Below are positions 55,533 through 59,213 of a stretch of 59,213 nucleotides of DNA, piece after piece. Positions within the stretch are counted from its first letter, which is position 1; every line of letters begins with the position of its first letter. Both the position numbers and the translations under genes were made by a program. The notes under the pieces were generated by a model. It was given only the letters and a program-made list of their open reading frames with translations. It was not told the DNA's origin and made no database searches. Location: positions 1-59,213 of the forward strand of contig JAQIBN010000082.1 of assembly GCA_027859095.1 (NCBI GenBank). Reading direction: 5' to 3'. Source of the stretch: Spirochaetia bacterium (lineage in GTDB: Bacteria; Spirochaetota; Spirochaetia; B11-G9).

Positions 55533-56020
55533 AAAAGAAAATAATAATAATTATATTTTTTACTCTGGCTATAATAAATACTATTATTGCAGGATTTTGG
55601 ATTTTGGGCATTGGACGAAAAACGGATCTCCTTTCACAAAGAATTGAGAATGCTATAAAATTAGATAGTTCTCTTTATGACAGCACTTCTCTTAAACTGG
55701 CAATTTTGTCTCTTGAGGAAGAAGTATCTAAGGCAGGTGCCCTTAAGCGAAAGGGTGAAGAATATAATCCACTTAAAATGACCGAAGAGGTGCTTCTTCT
55801 TTTTGAAAAAAACGGAATAAGGGTGATTAGCTATCGCCTGGAAGGAGAAGAAAACAGGGAGGAACTTGTTCTGACCGGGGAAGGACCGCCCGGCTCTGTT
55901 TTGAAACTAATTTATGAACTTTCTTTTTCTAAAAGTAGTTTCCGTTTCAATTTTGTTAGTATTGATGCCAGATTCCCAGGGGAACCGGCTATTCTTGTGA
56001 TCAGGATTACATATGTATAA
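55529..56020 (+). CDS. Small bitopic protein, GspM/PilO-like (tentative)
   Basis: 163 aa with one N-terminal TM helix. Overlaps the genes on both sides inside the T2SS-like operon. No motif-level assignment. Confidence 0.35.
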   Translation: MKKKIIIIIFFTLAIINTIIAGFWILGIGRKTDLLSQRIENAIKLDSSLYDSTSLKLAILSLEEEVSKAGALKRKGEEYNPLKMTEEVLLLFEKNGIRVISYRLEGEENREELVLTGEGPPGSVLKLIYELSFSKSSFRFNFVSIDARFPGEPAILVIRITYV

Positions 56021-56501
56021 TATTAAACTTGCTGGAGTTCTGCGATTTATTTCTATAATTGTAATCTCTTTGCTTGTCTTTCTATATATTACGATTAATA
56101 TCGTAATAGATGATATTGCTTTTAAAAGTAGTGATGCACAGCCCAGGAAAGAATATGAATATAGAGCCAGCCCTGGGGGGATGAGTATTCCAGAATTTAC
56201 ATATAATCTTGAATCACTTTTTTCCGGGCAATTAATTCCAGTGATAGCTGAAACAATAATTGTTTCCGAACCGGCCGCCACTGTTGATATCCCGTCATTG
56301 AAGTTTATCGGGATGATTGAAACTGATAAAAAGATAATCTACTCCTTTCGGAATATGGATACAAACAGAATGCTTCTTCTTGAGGAAGGCTCCAGTGTCA
56401 ATGGACTTACTCTCCAGGCTATTGAAAGGTCACCTGCAGGTAGAGGGAAAGTGTTCATACTAAAAAAACAAGGTCATACATTTCAGGTGGGTAAAGAATG
56501 A
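56013..56501 (+). CDS. Small bitopic protein, GspC/PilP-like (tentative)
   Basis: 162 aa with an N-terminal TM helix and a beta-rich C-terminus. Assigned by operon position only. Confidence 0.3.
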   Translation: MYNIKLAGVLRFISIIVISLLVFLYITINIVIDDIAFKSSDAQPRKEYEYRASPGGMSIPEFTYNLESLFSGQLIPVIAETIIVSEPAATVDIPSLKFIGMIETDKKIIYSFRNMDTNRMLLLEEGSSVNGLTLQAIERSPAGRGKVFILKKQGHTFQVGKE

Positions 56502-57190
56502 AGAAATACTTTTATAGTTTATTACTGCTTATTACATTAGCTTCCAGTTGTAAGAGTGTGGATAATGGCAGTTTCAGCCAGTTTACTGAGGCGCCGTTAT
56601 TCGGAATGATTTATGATTCGGAAAGTTCCCCCGTTGCCGGAGCTCTGGTAGTGCTTGATGATGAAAAATCTGCTAAAACGGACATAAACGGCAGGGTTCT
56701 GTTCAGTGCAGTATCCTATGGAGAGCATTCGGTTGTGATAACTAAAGATGGTTTTGAAGAAACTCAGATGGTTCTTAACTTTTCAAACCGGGACCAGGTT
56801 CTTTATTCAACTCTTTTCTCATTACAGAATATTCTGGATAACCTTGAGAGCTCTATGCAAAACGGTAAAATGTTAGAAGCCAAATCGTTTCTTATGAGAG
56901 CTTCAGGAATTAATTCAGAGGATATCCGTTTAAGGTATCTTAATGTTGTATACCTTTCTGAAATGAAAGAATATCCGGAAGTTTTAAAAGAAATAGGTCT
57001 GTTAAGGGAAATCTATCCTAATGATCCCTATATTGTTATGACCCAGGCAAAAATACTCTTCTATGGGCTTGAGAGACAGGAAGAAGCATTAGAAGTTCTT
57101 CAGAGTATCCTTCCATCAAATAGTAACGAAGAGCTTGAGAACCTTTTAGGGAAAATGACAGAAGAGAAAACAGGAGAAACGAATGATTAA
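56498..57190 (+). CDS. Lipoprotein with a carboxypeptidase-regulatory-like beta-sandwich plus TPR repeats (possible secretin pilotin/PilF-like)
   Basis: 230 aa. Lipobox LASSC. The stretch GMIYDSESSPVAGALVVLDD...TDINGRVLF...GEHSVVITKDGF is CarboxypepD_reg-like. The C-terminus is helical-repeat. Confidence 0.5.
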   Translation: MKKYFYSLLLLITLASSCKSVDNGSFSQFTEAPLFGMIYDSESSPVAGALVVLDDEKSAKTDINGRVLFSAVSYGEHSVVITKDGFEETQMVLNFSNRDQVLYSTLFSLQNILDNLESSMQNGKMLEAKSFLMRASGINSEDIRLRYLNVVYLSEMKEYPEVLKEIGLLREIYPNDPYIVMTQAKILFYGLERQEEALEVLQSILPSNSNEELENLLGKMTEEKTGETND

Positions 57191-57632
57191 AAAAATAAAA
57201 GCCTTGATGAAGAACGAAGATGGATGGACCTTCGTTGAGACTCTGATAGTTATATCCATAGTTTTAATTCTTACAAGCACAGTCGGTTTCATGGCTTTTA
57301 AATATGTTGGCAAGGCTAAAATAGTTGCAGCAAGGACACAGATAGAAAATCTTTCCATGGCATTGGATACCTACTTTATGGACAACATGCGCTACCCTTT
57401 AGATGAGCAGGGTCTTGCTTCCTTATGGGAGAAACCCATTCTTGAACCGGTTCCGAAGGATTGGGACGGCCCATACCTTAAAAAGAATCTGGCAAAGGAC
57501 CCCTGGGATAATGATTATGAATATGTAGTGCCTGGGACTAATGGATTACCTTATGGAATCAGTTCACTTGGAGCAGATGGGAATCCTGGTGGTGAGGGAG
57601 ATGATCGGGATATTACTTCCTGGGAAAATTAA
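57183..57632 (+). CDS. gspG: Major pseudopilin GspG
   Basis: 149 aa. Class III signal ...NEDG|WTFVETLIVISIVLIL with Glu at +5. The GspG body includes DPWDNDYEY...SLGADG. Confidence 0.9.
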   Translation: MIKKIKALMKNEDGWTFVETLIVISIVLILTSTVGFMAFKYVGKAKIVAARTQIENLSMALDTYFMDNMRYPLDEQGLASLWEKPILEPVPKDWDGPYLKKNLAKDPWDNDYEYVVPGTNGLPYGISSLGADGNPGGEGDDRDITSWEN

Positions 57633-57633
57633 A

Positions 57634-57834
57634 GTGAATAGGTGCAAAACTACAGAAGGTTTTTTTCTTCTGGATGCTGTTATATCCCTTCTTGTTGTTT
57701 CGGTTGTAATTATAGAAATTCTTGTATTTGTTCTAAATGCCGGGGGAGCCGCGGTAAAGACAAATGTAAAGATAACTGAATCTATTGAATTAAGAAACAG
57801 GAGTGCCATTGAACTTTTTGAAATACAAAAGTAA
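57634..57834 (+). CDS. Very short pseudopilin-like protein (Asp at +5)
   Basis: 66 aa from a GTG start 2 nt after the gspG stop. Has a ...TTEG|FFLLDAVISLLVVSV prepilin-like N-terminus. The body is unusually short. Confidence 0.4.
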   Translation: MNRCKTTEGFFLLDAVISLLVVSVVIIEILVFVLNAGGAAVKTNVKITESIELRNRSAIELFEIQK

Positions 57835-58357
57835 TACAAAAAGATACCTGGAATCATTACCAAAAAAGAAAGATAGCGGCTTTACTCTGGTAGAAACTCT
57901 AATTGCAATTACCCTCATTTCTCTCATTGGAATTCCTGTTTTCATGGTCTTTTCTGAAACCCTTGGTTTTACTGACAAGATTAAGGATCTTAATCGTTGG
58001 AACAAGGAGCTGATTCAGCTGGAAAATGTACTTAGGCAATCGGTTTCAGAAGTTAAGGTTCCCTTCTGGATAAGTGATATTGAACTTACTGAAGAAGCCG
58101 GTGTTATGAGTGTTCCATACTGGGATGGGAATGCAGACTCCTTTCTTGAAATAGAGATTGAAGATACTATTCTGAAGATAAGCACACCTCTGGGGAGTAC
58201 AATATTCAAAGGCTATGAAGGATTTGAGGTTAATTTCCTTAAAGACAGCGGGTCAGGGACTATTGGATTGTCCATACTAGTTAAAAAAAACAAAAAAGAA
58301 AATATAACATTTCAATGTGCCTTTGGCTCAATTGGAAGAGATCTTTTTAATGAGTGA
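57803..58357 (+). CDS. Minor pseudopilin (prepilin-type N-terminal cleavage motif)
   Basis: KKKDSG|FTLVETLIAITLISLIG is the canonical motif. About 180 aa. Start is uncertain (GTG 57803 or TTG 57818). Confidence 0.65.
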   Translation: MPLNFLKYKSNTKRYLESLPKKKDSGFTLVETLIAITLISLIGIPVFMVFSETLGFTDKIKDLNRWNKELIQLENVLRQSVSEVKVPFWISDIELTEEAGVMSVPYWDGNADSFLEIEIEDTILKISTPLGSTIFKGYEGFEVNFLKDSGSGTIGLSILVKKNKKENITFQCAFGSIGRDLFNE

Positions 58358-58377
58358 GGTACGAGACTCGCAGATTG

Positions 58378-58415
58378 GGTTGCATAGCCGAGCAGAGAGC
58401 TTGCGAACGACCAGG
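58378..58415 (+). repeat. GC-rich dispersed repeat, copy F, inside the pseudopilin operon
   Basis: ggttgcatagccgagcagagagcttgcgaacgaccagg lies in the 79-nt gap between two co-directional pseudopilin genes. Confidence 0.8.
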
Positions 58416-58436
58416 TACCGAACTGAAAAATTAATA

Positions 58437-59213
58437 ATGAAAAATAAAGATAACGGTTTTTCCAGTATACAGACAATGCTAATCCTGTTTATTTTAAGTC
58501 TCTCTGTTTTGGGCCTGGGAACCGGGATCTCACTGACACAGAAATATTATCAAAAGAATGAAGTAATTCAACAAGATCTCATTCTGCTGAAGACTGAAGT
58601 TACAGCAATAATTAAACAGCTTGAAAGTGACCCTACACCGGAATCTGATTCCAGTACCGATCCTGTCTGGAGCTATATTGAGGGCAAGGCTGGTGAATAT
58701 GAAAATCTGGAACTGTCCGATGTTTCCAGCAGAATCAATCCCAATTGGGTAAGATCTGTATTTTTTGAAAGAACTGATCTTAAAAATTTCCTGTTAAATG
58801 GAGTTTCTCCTGATATATTGAAAGATCATAGAACTGAAACAGGCTATGTCCTGGATCTCTATTCTGTGTACTCTGAATTGATAGATCCTGAAGCCCTGGA
58901 AACCTACTTTACCCCTTACAGCTATCTGAACGTTAATACGGCTTACGAGTATGTCTTAAAGGATATGTATGAGCTCTTAACGGTCGATTCAGGAGGGGCT
59001 GAGAATTTTCATGCCTTTATAGCAAACGCTCTGAGTGAAAAGCATATTATTACAGAAACTGAGCTTCAAAATACTACAGGAAGCGATTACGAATCTATTT
59101 ATCCCATTATAAGTACTCTTCCCGAGATGAATATCCATTTTATCCCGGAGCTCCTTTTGGAACAGGTTCTATCCTATCCATACGGCGGAAAGGTGATAGA
59201 GAATAACAGTTCA
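58437..59213 (+). CDS. GspK-like minor pseudopilin (partial; runs off the window)
   Basis: Open frame of 259 codons to the window end. The N-terminus KDNG|FSSIQTMLILFILSL lacks Glu at +5, as in GspK. Internal RINPNW and YLNVNTA motifs resemble GspK helix-hairpin-helix repeats. Absent from the ORF track because it has no stop. Confidence 0.5.
   Translation, partial: MKNKDNGFSSIQTMLILFILSLSVLGLGTGISLTQKYYQKNEVIQQDLILLKTEVTAIIKQLESDPTPESDSSTDPVWSYIEGKAGEYENLELSDVSSRINPNWVRSVFFERTDLKNFLLNGVSPDILKDHRTETGYVLDLYSVYSELIDPEALETYFTPYSYLNVNTAYEYVLKDMYELLTVDSGGAENFHAFIANALSEKHIITETELQNTTGSDYESIYPIISTLPEMNIHFIPELLLEQVLSYPYGGKVIENNSS

Overview
AT-rich bacterial chromosomal window. The gene content looks spirochaete-like (TatT-type TRAP transporter, PPi-dependent phosphofructokinase, loose lipoboxes, PEGA proteins); that taxonomic call is low-confidence inference. 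I recognised no rRNA, tRNA, CRISPR array or intact prophage. From left to right:

- **1-12.9 kb, housekeeping:** rpiB, yraN, comM/yifB, dprA, folC, hisD, bpt, a higB2/higA2-type toxin-antitoxin (TA) pair, acyl-CoA ligase, yhbY, dCMP deaminase, Fe-ADH.
- **13.8-20.5 kb, lipid cluster:** a GNAT-like protein, a KDSR-like short-chain dehydrogenase and a serine-palmitoyltransferase-like enzyme. These converge on an HxxxDG acyltransferase and an MMPL exporter that are translationally coupled to pfp.
- **22.3-30.7 kb:** manA, yaiI, a TatT/DctP/DctQM TRAP transporter, a DHH-CBS protein and asnS.
- **30.8-33.7 kb, degraded accessory patch:** frameshifted parE, truncated parD, a PEGA gene fragment, two head-to-head IS remnants, and an intact brnT/brnA pair.
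- **33.9-40.4 kb, best candidate for an undescribed system:** a protein with an unassigned domain fused to HU. It is divergent from an operon encoding a stand-alone paralog of that domain, a PPP-like phosphatase, a Hanks kinase, a poly-TM FHA protein and a vWA-TM-FHA protein.
- **40.5-43.3 kb:** ArsC-fold protein, MBL hydrolase, DAHP synthase, DJ-1.
- **43.3-46.0 kb, second degraded patch:** a multi-frameshift paralog of the PEGA gene, gene remnants with in-frame TAG stops, a RhuM fragment and a DUF6883/DUF4926 pair.
- **46.1-47.5 kb:** ackA.
- **47.7-59.2 kb:** a complete T2SS-like type IV filament cluster, running off the window end.

A family of GC-rich ~40-nt intergenic repeats occurs at six loci, all in the same orientation. 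One copy is nested inside a 28-bp palindrome unit that is also present uninterrupted elsewhere. All coordinates and similarities come from manual reading. No database search was run.
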